A DNA stretch of 63,706 nucleotides, counting the filler, from Octopus bimaculoides (lineage: Eukaryota): assembly GCF_001194135.2 (NCBI RefSeq). It is 5 parts of 5 records of this genome, joined end to end, with 100 filler letters (N's around TTAATTAATTAA, not from the genome) between each part and the next. Parts side by side here need not be neighbours in the genome. Positions count along the whole stretch, not along the records: positions 30,015 to 54,957 come from NC_068981.1; positions 55,058 to 62,606 come from NC_068990.1; positions 62,707 to 63,706 come from NW_026340059.1; 2 more parts are not named here. One strand, 5' to 3'. A program made the position numbers and the translations under genes. Under the pieces are notes generated by a model, which ran no database searches, had not been told where the DNA came from, and saw nothing but the letters and a program-made list of their open reading frames with translations. Below are positions 51,860 to 63,706 of this stretch, piece by piece; position 1 is the first letter of the stretch, and the number at the start of each line of letters is the position of its first letter.

Positions 51860-52770
51860 GTAGCGAGCTGGCAGAATCATTAGTGTGCTGGACAAAGTGC
51901 TTAGTGTTATTTCGCCCATCACTATGTTCTGAGTTCAAATTCTGCCAAGATCAACTTTACCTTTCATCTTTTTGGGGTTGATAAATTAAGTACCAGTGAA
52001 ACACTGGGGTCGATATAATTGACTAGCCCCCATCCAACAAATCTGAGGCCCTGTGCCTCCAGTAGAAAGGATTATTCTTCTTCTTATTATTAAGGTGGTG
52101 AGCTGGCAGAATAGTTAGCATGCCAGGTGAAATGCATAGCAGTATTTCATCCATCTTCATGTTCTGAGTTCTAATTCTGCTGAGGTCAACTTTGCAATTT
52201 CATCCTTTCAGGACCAATAAAATACATACCAGTTGAGTACTGGAGTCAATGCTACCAACCATACCCCACCACCACCACCCATTTCAGGCCTTGTGCCTTT
52301 ATCAGAAAGGATCATTATTATTATTGGCAGAATCATTAGCACACTAAGGCAGCAAGCTGTCAGAAACGCTAGCACATCGGGCGAAATGCTTAGCAGTATT
52401 TTGCCTGTCTTTACGTTCTGAGTTCAAATTCCACCGAGGTCGACTTTGCCTTTTTGTCCTTTCAGGGTCGATAAATTAAGTACCAGTTGCGCACTGGGGT
52501 CGATCTAATCGACTTAATCCCTTTGTCTGCCCTCATTTGTCCCCTCTATGTTTAGCCCCTTGTGGGCAATAAAGAAATAAGAATCATTAGCACACTAGAC
52601 AAAATACCTAGCATTTCGTCCTTTACTTTCTGAGTTCAAATTCTGTGAAGGGTGACTTTGTCTTTCATCATTTTGGGGTCCATAAAACAAGTACCAGTTG
52701 AATACTAAGGTCGATGTAACTGACTAGTCCCCTCACCCATAAAAAAAATTTCAGGCCTTGTACCCATAGT
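51860..52770 (+). mobile_element. Head-to-tail cluster of about five SINE family A units
   Basis: Repeated gagctggcagaa..ttagca / ctgagttcaaattc / gtaccagt motifs near 51860, 52095, 52325-52365 and 52580. Confidence 0.85.
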
Positions 52771-52778
52771 AGAAAGTA

Positions 52779-52815
<37 letters not shown>

Positions 52816-52839
52816 CATCATTATCATTATTGTGCAGGC

Positions 52840-53200
52840 AAAACTGTGAGGTTAAGAAGCTGAAGCTCACTCTCTGCAAACACTTGGTCTTGGGTTCAGT
52901 CCTACTGTGCAGCACCATGGGCAAATATCTTCTAACCAATGCTTTGTGAGTGAATTACACTGGCAGAAACTATATGAAAGTTTGTTCTATATGTGTATCT
53001 TTGCGACTGTCCCCTCCCAACACCTGACAAACAGTGTCGGTTTGTTCACATCCCCGTAACTTAAGTATCCAGTGTAAAGGACCAATAGAATGAGTACCAG
53101 ACTTTAAAAAAGTACTGGGATTAATTTGTTTGATTAAACCCCACAAGGCAGTATCCTAGCATGGCCACGATCCAATGAATGAAACGAGCAAAAACTAAAA
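52840..53200 (+). mobile_element. SINE family B, decayed
   Basis: gggttcagtcctactgtgcagcaccatgggcaa...atggccacgatccaatgaatgaaac. Confidence 0.7.
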
Positions 53201-54786
53201 GAAAAGATAGGTTTTGATCCCAAGGATTGCTTCAATGCAGTGATAATTGAAATGTCTGTGAAAACTCTTTAAATTTAAACTTTTCATCTAACAGAGCTGA
53301 AGAAATTTGCCTGTCTTATTTTTGTAATTCTTAATTAGATATCATTGTTGTTACGATGATTTTAGTGGATAAATTCTGGAATGTAGACAGTATTATTTAT
53401 AAATGATCTACATCTGATAATCGTTGCAGCAATTAAGTCATGAAATTGTTGATATGTGAAAAACAAAAAAAAAAAGCATCTTCAAATCAACAACCTAAGT
53501 ATGTTTTCTTCAAGGGAAGGGCTGGGGTGAGCAGAGGAGTTACTAGAAAAGCTTCCAAATAAAGGAATTAAGTTGTAAAGATGTAAATGATTGAAACCAA
53601 TGATTAATGGCCAATATCTTGATTGAGTGAAAAAGCCAAGTCATAATGGTATCAGACTAACTGAATCAAAGATCCATATCTTACCACTGGCCATTTCTTT
53701 GCATCTCTTGAATAAGAGACAGTACCATCATCTTTTATCCAGAGATGTAATGAAATAGCTATTTGCAATAGCTTATTTATTACTGACTGGTGTAGTACTA
53801 GTTTTTCACTCTTTTGAAAAGGATGGGTTTTAGTTTTGTCGCTTCTTAGCATTTCTCAATATTTCTGCTTTAAGCCTTACTCCATTTTCTTCTTATATTT
53901 CATTTTATCTGTTTATCTGGTTGGCTGCCTGACTGCCTATCAGTTATTTCTCTCTCCCTCTCTCTCTTTCTCCCCATATCTCTCTAATCCACCTCACTCA
54001 AGACAGCCACTGCTTTCACCTTCCATACTCCTATAGGAGGACAGAAAGAAGACATGTGACTCAATGTCTTACATAAATATTATACGTTCTCCCCACTCTC
54101 ACACATTCTGTATCTGCATATTGTTTACAAAATAACCTGATGATTGTGAATGCTTAACTCTAATCAATTTCCAAACAAAAAGAGTATAGTTTTATTAATT
54201 TCTGTAACTGAATATACATTTAGTTAAAAAAAATTAAAGACAACATGACAAATTAAAAGACTACAACAATATTCATTATTAACAATTATTTTATCGCTAG
54301 TGTTTTCATGGAAACCAATAATGAGGCTTTAACAAAATCTTGTACCAGTATTCTTATTACAAGAGAATTTAGTATTTTCAAGCATCACGAAAACAATGGA
54401 ACAAATACCCAAAACATCTGTCATGAAACATGAAGCTGTACAATTGCAAATTAGAAATGAAGAGAAAGAAGAAAAATCTGTCTAGAAATGCTGTCAACAT
54501 AATATTAAATATTAACTGAAAATCTTTGTAAATTAATGTCATGTCTCTGAAGTAACAAAATTACTATAATTTTATAACAGTGTTTACTTGTTCTATGAAC
54601 ACCAGAAACCTGTAAGCAATGTTTAGTACTCAAGCCATCGTACAAAAAAAAGAGAAGAAAAAGGTCTCCCAATAAAACACTATATTCAGTAAAACAAAAT
54701 GAAAATGGGAAAAGATAATTGTTATTCAGAGTGGCTCTCAAAAATATAATAATTTGAAGGTATCTGAAATTTAATAAAATATGGTA

Positions 54787-54820
<34 letters not shown>

Positions 54821-54917
54821 ATGATCAAGAGGTTCTCAATATGGGTGTTTGTGTGCATGTCAATCAAGCCTAACTGGGTTTATCTGCATCACCATCTCTC
54901 TCACATGTGTGTGTGTG

Positions 54918-54957
<40 letters not shown>

Positions 54958-55057
54958 NNNNNNNNNNNNNNNNNNNNNNNNNNNNNNNNNNNNNNNNNNN
55001 NTTAATTAATTAANNNNNNNNNNNNNNNNNNNNNNNNNNNNNNNNNNNNNNNNNNNN

Positions 55058-55099
<42 letters not shown>

Positions 55100-55374
55100 T
55101 ATATATACATATACATGTCTAGGGAGAGTCATACTGCCTTAATATCCAACAGACTCACTGGTTCAGTTTCGACTCATTTATTATTTATTTTTTGTGTATT
55201 CCAAAATAAATAATAAATGAATGGAAACGGAACTGGTGTGTGTGTTAAATATTAGGGTATTAAGGCAGTATGGCTCTCCCCAGACACACCAAAATTTGTT
55301 TCAATACACGAATTCACATAACGAATCTTGCAAACCAGATACAAAAAACAAAGTAAAAATATATATATATATAT

Positions 55375-55649
55375 ATGGCCGGTGCCAGTTCTACCTGACT
55401 GGTGCCTGTGCCACTGGCATATAAAAAGCACCATTTGAGCGAGGTCGATGCCTGTGCTGCCTGACTGGCACCCGTGCCAGTGGCACATAAAAAAGCACTC
55501 ACTATGCCCTTGGAGTGGTTGGTGTTAGGAAGTGAATCCAGCTGTAGAAACCTTGCCAAATCAGATTGGAGCCTGGTGCAGTTACCTGGCTTGCCAGTCC
55601 TCAGTTAAACTGTCCAACCCATGCCAGCAGGGAAAGCAGACATTAAACA

Positions 55650-55680
<31 letters not shown>
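55375..55680 (+). mobile_element. RTE 3' UTR fragment with (GAT)n tail
   Basis: gccagtggcacataaaaaagcactc...aacccatgccagcagggaaagcagacattaaacaatgatgatgat. Confidence 0.8.
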
Positions 55681-55681
<1 letters not shown>

Positions 55682-56899
55682 ATATATATATATATACATA
55701 TATATATNNNNNNNNNNNNNNNNNNNNNNNNNNNNNNNNNNNNNNNNNNNNNNNNNNNNNNNNNNNNNNNNNNNNNNNNNNNNNNNNNNNNNNNNNNNNN
55801 NNNNNNNNNNNNNNNNNNNNNNNNNNNNNNNNNNNNNNNNNNNNNNNNNNNNNNNNNNNNNNNNNNNNNNNNNNNNNNNNNNNNNNNNNNNNNNNNNNNN
55901 NNNNNNNNNNNNNNNNNNNNNNNNNNNNNNNNNNNNNNNNNNNNNNNNNNNNNNNNNNNNNNNNNNNNNNNNNNNNNNNNNNNNNNNNNNNNNNNNNNNN
56001 NNNNNNNNNNNNNNNNNNNNNNNNNNNNNNNNNNNNNNNNNNNNNNNNNNNNNNNNNNNNNNNNNNNNNNNNNNNNNNNNNNNNNNNNNNNNNNNNNNNN
56101 NNNNNNNNNNNNNNNNNNNNNNNNNNNNNNNNNNNNNNNNNNNNNNNNNNNNNNNNNNNNNNNNNNNNNNNNNNNNNNNNNNNNNNNNNNNNNNNNNNNN
56201 NNNNNNNNNNNNNNNNNNNNNNNNNNNNNNNNNNNNNNNNNNNNNNNNNNNNNNNNNNNNNNNNNNNNNNNNNNNNNNNNNNNNNNNNNNNNNNNNNTAT
56301 ATATATATATATATATTTAACTGCGTGGTGTCTGTGTATCTATGAAGTTCTTTGTGTTCTCTGAAGTCTTGACATCCAGTGTTATTTTGTTTACATTCCT
56401 GTAACTTACCGATTCCGTAAAAAAAAAAAAGGAAAATTAGATCAAATAAGTTCCCATCTTTTAAAAACTAAAGTACAGGACCCTATTTGAGTGAAAAAAA
56501 ACCCCTTTGAATGGGTGCTCCAGCATGGCTGTAGTTCAATAAAGAATAAGTAGAATTTTAAAGAAATCCCTTGTGTAACTCATTGCGTATTTTGCCCAAC
56601 AAATTATTTTCAAAACGTAATTATCAGTTAAAGATTTATCACATGGTTGAAAAGTGATCAAACCCAACTAATTAATATGCATTAACGAGATATTTTAAGT
56701 TCCATACGGAGAACACTCGTCAAACCCAATATGCTGATTACTTGTGCTAAACACTATCTTTTGGAGCAACAACAGTTAGTTTGATATCTAATTAAATATT
56801 GGAGATAATTAATTATTTATTGAAATCTCAAGTATGCAAATTAGACAGAAAGATTTTTCTGAAATTTTTAACTTGGTTACATTCTTCAATGAACCTTTT

Positions 56900-57265
56900 T
56901 TAACTTTTACCAGTCATTAGACTGTGGCCATGCTGGGGCACCACCTGGCGGAATTTTTAGTTGAATAAATCAACCCCAGTGTTTATTTATTTTTTTCAAG
57001 CTTGGCACTTATTCTATTGGTCTCTTTTGCCAAAGCACTTAGTTACATGAGCACAAACAAACTAACACCGGTTGTCAATCGGTGGTAGGGTACAATACAA
57101 GCAAATATGATGGGCTTCTTTCAGTTTCTGTCTACCAAATCCACTTACAAGGTTTTTATTCAGGAGGCTATAATAAAAGACACTTATTCAAAGTGCTACA
57201 CAGTGGACTGAACCTGGAACCATGTGGTTGGGAAGTAAGCTTCTTACCACACAGCCATGCCTGAG
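56900..57265 (-). mobile_element. SINE family B
   Basis: Family B motifs in reverse complement. Confidence 0.75.
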
Positions 57266-57463
57266 CTTGTCATTTGCTTTACCAGATTTAAAATTTTCAA
57301 CCAGGTTAGATCTTTCAGTAAACATCTTATGTCTCATTGAATATAGACTATCTTATTTTATCTGCCAATAAGAACCCCTGTTTTCTTTAAAATATACACA
57401 ATGTGTAAAATGTATATGTACATATATATTAAGGTAGACATTAAACAAAGATGATGATGATGA

Positions 57464-57535
<72 letters not shown>

Positions 57536-57716
57536 ATACATACATACATTTATGCGTGTTTGAAAAGGTTAAACAAAAGCATTCACACATTAGGAAAAAA
57601 CATCTTTTCAAAAAAGTTTACTAACATCATGATAAAAAATTTCATAGCATTTACACTTTAAAACTGAAGTAAATAATTCTCATAGACTTTCAAATAAATA
57701 TATATATGGATATATA

Positions 57717-58581
57717 CAGAGTGTGGTGACTATATTGTCGTCTAAATTATGTAAAGATGAAAATAACACTAACATCTCATTTTAACAGATACATTTACCA
57801 AAATTACATAAAAATAACTTGAAATACTAAGGAGTAAATTTATTCAATAAAATCGCCATTGGCTTCAACCATGGCCTCCAGATGACTTCGGAATCTTCTG
57901 CAACTCTTCTGGATGGTCTCCTTGTTTAAGTTGATAAAAACTGCTATAATCCTTGCCTTTAGTTCATCCTTGGTGTTACAAGAAGTTTTGCTGGTCTCTC
58001 ATTCTACTGCGCCCCACACATAATAATCAAGAGGGTTGCAGTCTGGGGAGTTAGGTGGCCAGATGTTAGGGGTGATGTGGTCGCAGAAATTGTCTGACAG
58101 CCATGACTGGGTTCTCCTGCTTGTGTGGCATGGTGCAGAGTCCTGTTGCTAGACATAGGGTTTTCCAACAGCCACCCTCTTGGCCCAGGACAGCACTACC
58201 TCCTCTAGGCACTTGATGTAGACCTCTGTGTTGAGTCTAAGGCCATCTGGGAAGATAAATGGAGGCATAATGTCACCACCACTAGTGGTCACTTCAAACA
58301 CCATGATGTTGATTGGATGTTTGATTTTTATCACTCTCAGTACATGTCCTCAGATTAACACCCAAACACTCTGAAATGTTTGCATTGGAGCTTCCTGCAT
58401 GATTGCCAACCAGTACAGCATGTCATTTCTAAATTTCTGGCAGAGTGAATTGTGTCATCGTGCTGTTTTTCTCACAGACGGTGCCCAACTGACCCTACCA
58501 TAATGTGTAGTCAACAGAATCACAATATACATGCACGAAATTAAAAATATAAAAGGGCTACAATTTACCCATCGGACCCTG
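57717..58581 (-). mobile_element. Internally deleted Tc1/mariner element, DD37D (maT-type)
   Basis: QQDSAPCH...WPPNSPDCNPLDY with 37 residues between the 2nd and 3rd D. TA on both sides. Diverged TIRs CAGGGTCCGATGGGTAAATTGTAG / CAGAGTGTGGTGACTATATTGTCG. In-frame stops; N-terminal region absent. Confidence 0.9.
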
Positions 58582-58618
58582 TATACATATACATACATGC
58601 ACATATATATACATATAC

Positions 58619-58654
<36 letters not shown>

Positions 58655-59713
58655 CACATGATCATGTGATCAACCAGGCTATTGGATGGTGATATAGATC
58701 ACTGATCAGAATGCGCTTTACATCATTTTTAGCTCTTTTGAATGATGCCACCCTACTGAGGTGGCAGGCCAACGTTCCTTCCTGATTAGAAAGTTAGTCC
58801 ACCGTGGGTTAGCTCTTTGCAGCTGAGTGGACTGCTGCAACATGAAATGAAGTGTTTTGCTAAAGAATATAATGCACTGCTCAGTCTGGGAATTGAGCCT
58901 ACAATCTAGTGCTGATGAGTGTAACACCCATAACCATTAGGCCATGCATTCACACACATACACACACACATGCATATATGTTTATATATATAATACACAA
59001 AACATACTGTGTAAAATATTCGTGATACATTTTCTTGACAGCCATCTTGTTTTTATTCTATGTTCCTCTCATTGTGCAGAAAATCTTCAGCACATCAGCA
59101 GAAAACTTGGACTTTGTAAATTTGAAATAAATGTCTGATTTTTCTAAAACCAAATAAAAATATAAGAAAAAGGAAATTTTAAACAAAATACACTGAAGTT
59201 TTGATTGATTCCAATTTGGTTGAATGAAGTTATTTTGGAAAGCTGGACACTTCCCAAGCAATTGTGAAATGGAATTTAAAGAATTTTATAGAATTTTCAG
59301 CTTGGTTATATTCTTTTGGTAAATTTATATGTTTTACCTGTTTGTGAAGAGAACCATCTTATTTTATCTTCTTGTAATAATCCTCTGCAGTTTCATTAAA
59401 ATACACTTAATGTCTAAATACTGAGCTTATTTTTACCTGGCAGCCATTTTCTTCTTATTGGACAGGAAATAGAGAACCTGGACTTAATAAATATGAAATA
59501 AATGTTTAGTTTTTAATATTGGTCAACAAATAAAATAAAAAATGAAAATTTTCAAGCAAATACTAATTATCCATTCAAATTTCAAGTATACAAATTAGAC
59601 AAAATAATTAAAAAAATTTTTAATAAATTTTCAGCTGGGCTCTATTCTTCAGTAAACCTGTTATGTTTTATAATGTTTTTGAACAGAATTATCTTATTTT
59701 ATCTCTCTCTCAA

Positions 59714-59715
59714 TG

Positions 59716-59789
<74 letters not shown>

Positions 59790-59795
59790 AATAAT

Positions 59796-59842
<47 letters not shown>

Positions 59843-59882
59843 TGATGATAATAATAATAATAATGATGATAATAATAATAAT

Positions 59883-59939
<57 letters not shown>

Positions 59940-59942
59940 TAT
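59714..59942. repeat. (TAA)n/(TGA)n microsatellite
   Basis: Directly visible. Confidence 0.95.
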
Positions 59943-60047
59943 GATATCCTTCACTCACCCTAGGATGCTGGGTGTGTCTTGTCGAGTGATTAACAAACAT
60001 GCAGATTAAAAGTAAACAACAACAACAGCAACAACAACAACAACTGT

Positions 60048-60156
60048 AAACACTTTCAATACAGTAGAAATAAGAGTACCACAACAAACCACAGCACATA
60101 CCCAAGGCACACTGAGCTGTGCTTGGTAGCATAGTGAAGAAAATAAGACTACTGAA
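60048..60156 (+). mobile_element. R4/Dong 3' fragment
   Basis: aaacactttcaatacagta...actactgaataataat, homologous to 60415-60533. Confidence 0.8.
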
Positions 60157-60189
60157 TAATAATAATAATAATATTAATAATAATAATAA

Positions 60190-60533
60190 CAAAATACAAA
60201 GACCTGGAAATAGAGATAACTCAAAATACAAAGACCTGGAAATAGAGGTAACTCGAATGTGGAATCTAAAAACAGAAACAATTCCTATCATAGTAGGTGC
60301 CTTAGGTATAATAAAAAAAATATTCAGACAAATACATAACAAAAACACCAGGACTTACAAATATATATAACATACAGAAAATAGCACCACTGGGTACTGC
60401 ACACATTCTACGCAAAACACTTTCAATACAGTAAACATAAGAGCACCACAGCAATCCACAGCACATACCCAAGGCGCACAGAGCTGCGCTCGGTAGTGAA
60501 GTGAAAGCAGGTTATAAAAATAAAACTACTGAA
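60190..60533 (+). mobile_element. 5'-truncated R4/Dong element between TAA arrays
   Basis: SKYKDLEIEVTRMWNLKTETIPIIVGALG, with a 32-bp duplication at the 5' junction and a (TAA)n tail. Confidence 0.88.
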
Positions 60534-61012
60534 CAATGATAATAATAATAATAATAATAATAATAATATATAGATATATGTATGTATAATATAAATGATA
60601 TATATATGCATATATACATATATATATATGTGCATACCTACATATATATGTATATATACATGCATATATAGGTACAGGAAGTAAAAAAAAAACGTTAACA
60701 AAATGAAAAACGAGAACATAAAAAAACAAAAACATGGAATACGAATTTTTTTTCAAACGACGAAAGAAACAAATAAAGAAACAAGACAGGCAACATAAAG
60801 AATAATCCCTTCATCAGTTGTCCCTTGTTTTATCAACTCTGCATTTCGAGTGCATATATGACTGTCTGGTTAAGAAGTTTGCCTCCCACCTGTGTGGCAC
60901 GTTGGGCAAATATATTCCACTATAGTCCTGGGAAAACCAAAGCCTTGTGAATGGATTTGATTGAGGGAAACTGAAAGAACCCCCCCCCCCCAAAAAAAAT
61001 ATATATATAGAT

Positions 61013-61065
<53 letters not shown>

Positions 61066-62312
61066 CATGTACATATGAATGTGAGTGTGTGTATATTTGT
61101 GTCTCCATTTTTTGACATCATGTGATAGTTGTAAATGAACATCCCTGTCATACAAGTGGTGTCATTCATTTCCGATTGTGTGCAAAAACATGTCTGGCCA
61201 TGGGGAAAATTTACCTTGCTTGGAAACAGGTGAGTGTTGGTGATAGGAAAGGCATCCAGCCATAGAAAATCTGCCTCAATAAACCCCGTTTGTCCCTTGC
61301 AAACATGGAAGAGTGAACATTTATAGAATGATGATAGAATTTTTTTTTAAATGGAAATTACAGGAAAAAAACAAAACAAAAATCATGTCATTATAACTCA
61401 CCAAAAACATGATAGTGCAGACAAATGAAGTAAAATCTAAAAGAAAAAAATATATGAAAAAATTTGCAGAAATCTGAAAAGAGAAGAGTGGCCAAGATTA
61501 GTATTATTAATAATTAGAAATTTTATTTTGATGATAATTAAATATGCAAGAATATAAAAAAACATATATAGGTTTTTTTTAAAAAAATCAATAATTGCAG
61601 AATTAAGTCAGCAAGTGGGAGATGAGAACGCTGAAGAAAATTGATAGGATGAAGAATGAGTTATCTGTAATCTCAGAAGTTTAAGAAAATCAGAATTTAT
61701 TTGCAGCTAATAAGACAGGACTATATTTGAAAGTTGTGGAACAATTCAAAGAAAATATGGTGTTGCTAAAGGGAGAGGATTAAAATGGTAAATAGTGGTG
61801 AAGTTTCAAGAAAGATGAAGAGACGGAGAGAATAAAAATAACATAATCAAATACACAAAAAATAACATAGATAAAAAAAAGATAAAGTATTGAAGCAGAA
61901 TGGAAGTTATTTGTCAGACAATTAATCCAAAGAGATGCGGGTATGGCTGTATGGTTTAGAAGTTTGCTCCCAGATCATGTGGTTCCAGGTTCAATTGCAC
62001 TGCATGGCAACTTGGGCAAGTGTCTTCTACTATAATCCCAGCTGGTTAACCAATGCCTTTTCCATGCTGGCATGGCGGTGGATTTGGTAAACAGAAACTG
62101 TGTAAAAATCTGTCGTTTTTACACACACACACACACATACACACACAAAACAAGGAGGGGTTAGTAAGGGATGTTAATCTAGGTGAAATACTTCTTTATT
62201 TCAGGTGTTAAAATGATGATGATGATGATAATGAAATATATAAAAATAGTTATTTTGCCCATTGTCAGCCGCCTCCTCCTCCTCCTGTTATTATTATCAT
62301 TATTATTATTAA

Positions 62313-62338
<26 letters not shown>

Positions 62339-62343
<5 letters not shown>

Positions 62344-62606
62344 TAGTTTTATTTTTACAACGTGCTTTCACTTCACTACTGAGCGCAGCTCTGTGCGCCT
62401 TGGGTATGTGCTGTGGTTTGCTGTGGTGCTCTTATGTTTACTGTATTGAAAGTGTTTTGCGTAGGATGTGTGCAGTACCCAGTAGTGCAATTTTCTGTAT
62501 GTTATATATATTTGTAAGTCCTGCTATTTTTGTTATGTATTTGTCTGAATATTTTTTTATTATACCTAAGGCACCTACTATGATAGGAATTGTTTCTGTT
62601 TTTAGA
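62339..62606 (-). mobile_element. R4/Dong 3' part running into a gap
   Basis: Highly similar to the reverse complement of 60260-60533, with a (TAA)n tail toward 62285. Confidence 0.88.
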
Positions 62607-62706
62607 NNNNNNNNNNNNNNNNNNNNNNNNNNNNNNNNNNNNNNNNNNNNTTAATTAATTAANNNNNNNNNNNNNNNNNNNNNNNNNNNNNNNNNNNNNN
62701 NNNNNN

Positions 62707-63706
62707 AGTTAGTCTTTGTATGTGGCAGATGTTCAGGAGCAATAAACACTGAAAATATGTAGAAAACAACTTTGGCCACTATCTAGGTGACCAAGTGTAG
62801 CTGCTAGAATAAGAATAGCCTGGGCAAATTTCAGAGAGCTCATACCTCTGCTGGTGACAAAGGGCCTCTCACTCAGAGTAAAAGGCAGACTGTATGACGC
62901 ATGTGTACAAACAGCCATGCTTCATGGCAGTGAAACATGGGCTGTGACTGCTGAGGACATGCATAGACTCGCAAGGAATGAAGCCAGTATGCTCCGATGG
63001 ATGTGTAATATTAGTGTGCATAGTAGACAGAGTGTAAGTACCTTGAGAGAAAAGTTGAACCTAAGAAGCATTAGTTGTAGTGTGCAAGAGAGATGATTGC
63101 GCTGGTATGGTCATGTATCGAGAATGGATGAGGAGAGCTGTGTGAAATAGTGCCACACCCTAGCAGTTGAGGGAACCTGTGGAAGTTGTAGGCCCAGGAA
63201 GACCTGGGATGAGGTGGTGAGGCACGACGTTCGAACATTGGGCCTCACCGAGGCGATGACTTCTGACCGAGACCTTTGGAAATATGCAGTGGTGCGTGAG
63301 AAGACCCGGCAAGCCAAGTGAGACCTAAATCCAAGGCCTCTGCCAGGGGTGTAGCCAGCCCACTTATGCGTACTTTCCTTCATTAGACACTAAACTCGGC
63401 TTGCGAAGACCTGTTGGGGCAAGCGAAAGCGAAATTGTGATGGCACCTGTGCCCAGCGTTGCCTTCCTGGCACTTGTAAAGACATTCGAGCAAGATCGTT
63501 GCCAGTGCCGCCAGACTGGCTCCTGTGTAGGTGGCACGTAAAATACACCATTTTGAGCGTGGCCGTTGCCAGTACCGCCTGACTGGCCTTCGTGCCGGAG
63601 GCATGTAAAAGCACCCACTACACTCTCTAAGTGGTTTTTTGTTAGGAAGGGCATCTAGCTGTAGAAACTGTGCCAAATCAGATTGGAGCCTGGTGTAGCC
63701 ATCTGG
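62707..63706 (+). mobile_element. RTE-clade LINE: RT C-terminal coding part (stop at 63321) plus 3' UTR running off the window
   Basis: KGRLYDACVQTAMLHGSETWAVT..RNEASMLRWMC..LRWYGHV..RPRKTWDEVVRHD..EKTRQAK*, with internal stops. The 3' UTR is the source-type sequence for the many short (GAT)n-tailed fragments. Confidence 0.92.

Noticed and set aside
53652-53852. 66-aa minus ORF within the CCDC6 upstream intron
   Set aside because: It does not resemble CCDC6 exon 1 and has at most faint LINE-like similarity.

Overview
AT-rich, repeat-dense animal genomic DNA from a gapped draft assembly. The SINE/LINE families and microsatellites match my recollection of octopus (coleoid cephalopod) repeats; this species call is not from a database search. 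Host genes, both on the minus strand: (i) the first coding exon of the Golgi PAP phosphatase BPNT2/IMPAD1 (3731-4054); (ii) two internal exons of CCDC6 (50487-50636 and 33484-33612). I could not find the other exons of either gene. The rest is intron/intergenic DNA with two main tRNA-derived SINE families, RTE, CR1 and R4/Dong LINE remnants, a solo LTR, Merlin-type and hAT MITEs, a hAT-like transposase relic, DD37D (maT) and mariner relics, microsatellites, and four artificial 100-bp gap spacers (N44-TTAATTAATTAA-N44). Best leads: a minimal type-I hammerhead ribozyme motif in a small Penelope-like insert (14624-14661, minus); two inverted Merlin-type MITEs carrying telomeric TTAGGG repeats, one nested in a solo LTR and one with a 16-bp target duplication; a SINE dimer junction recurring at three loci; stacked R4/Dong insertions in TAA arrays; a ~94-bp putative RTE target duplication; and intronic hairpins in CCDC6. 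I found no evidence for a novel protein-coding system. Repeat boundaries are read by eye and approximate unless termini or TSDs are quoted.
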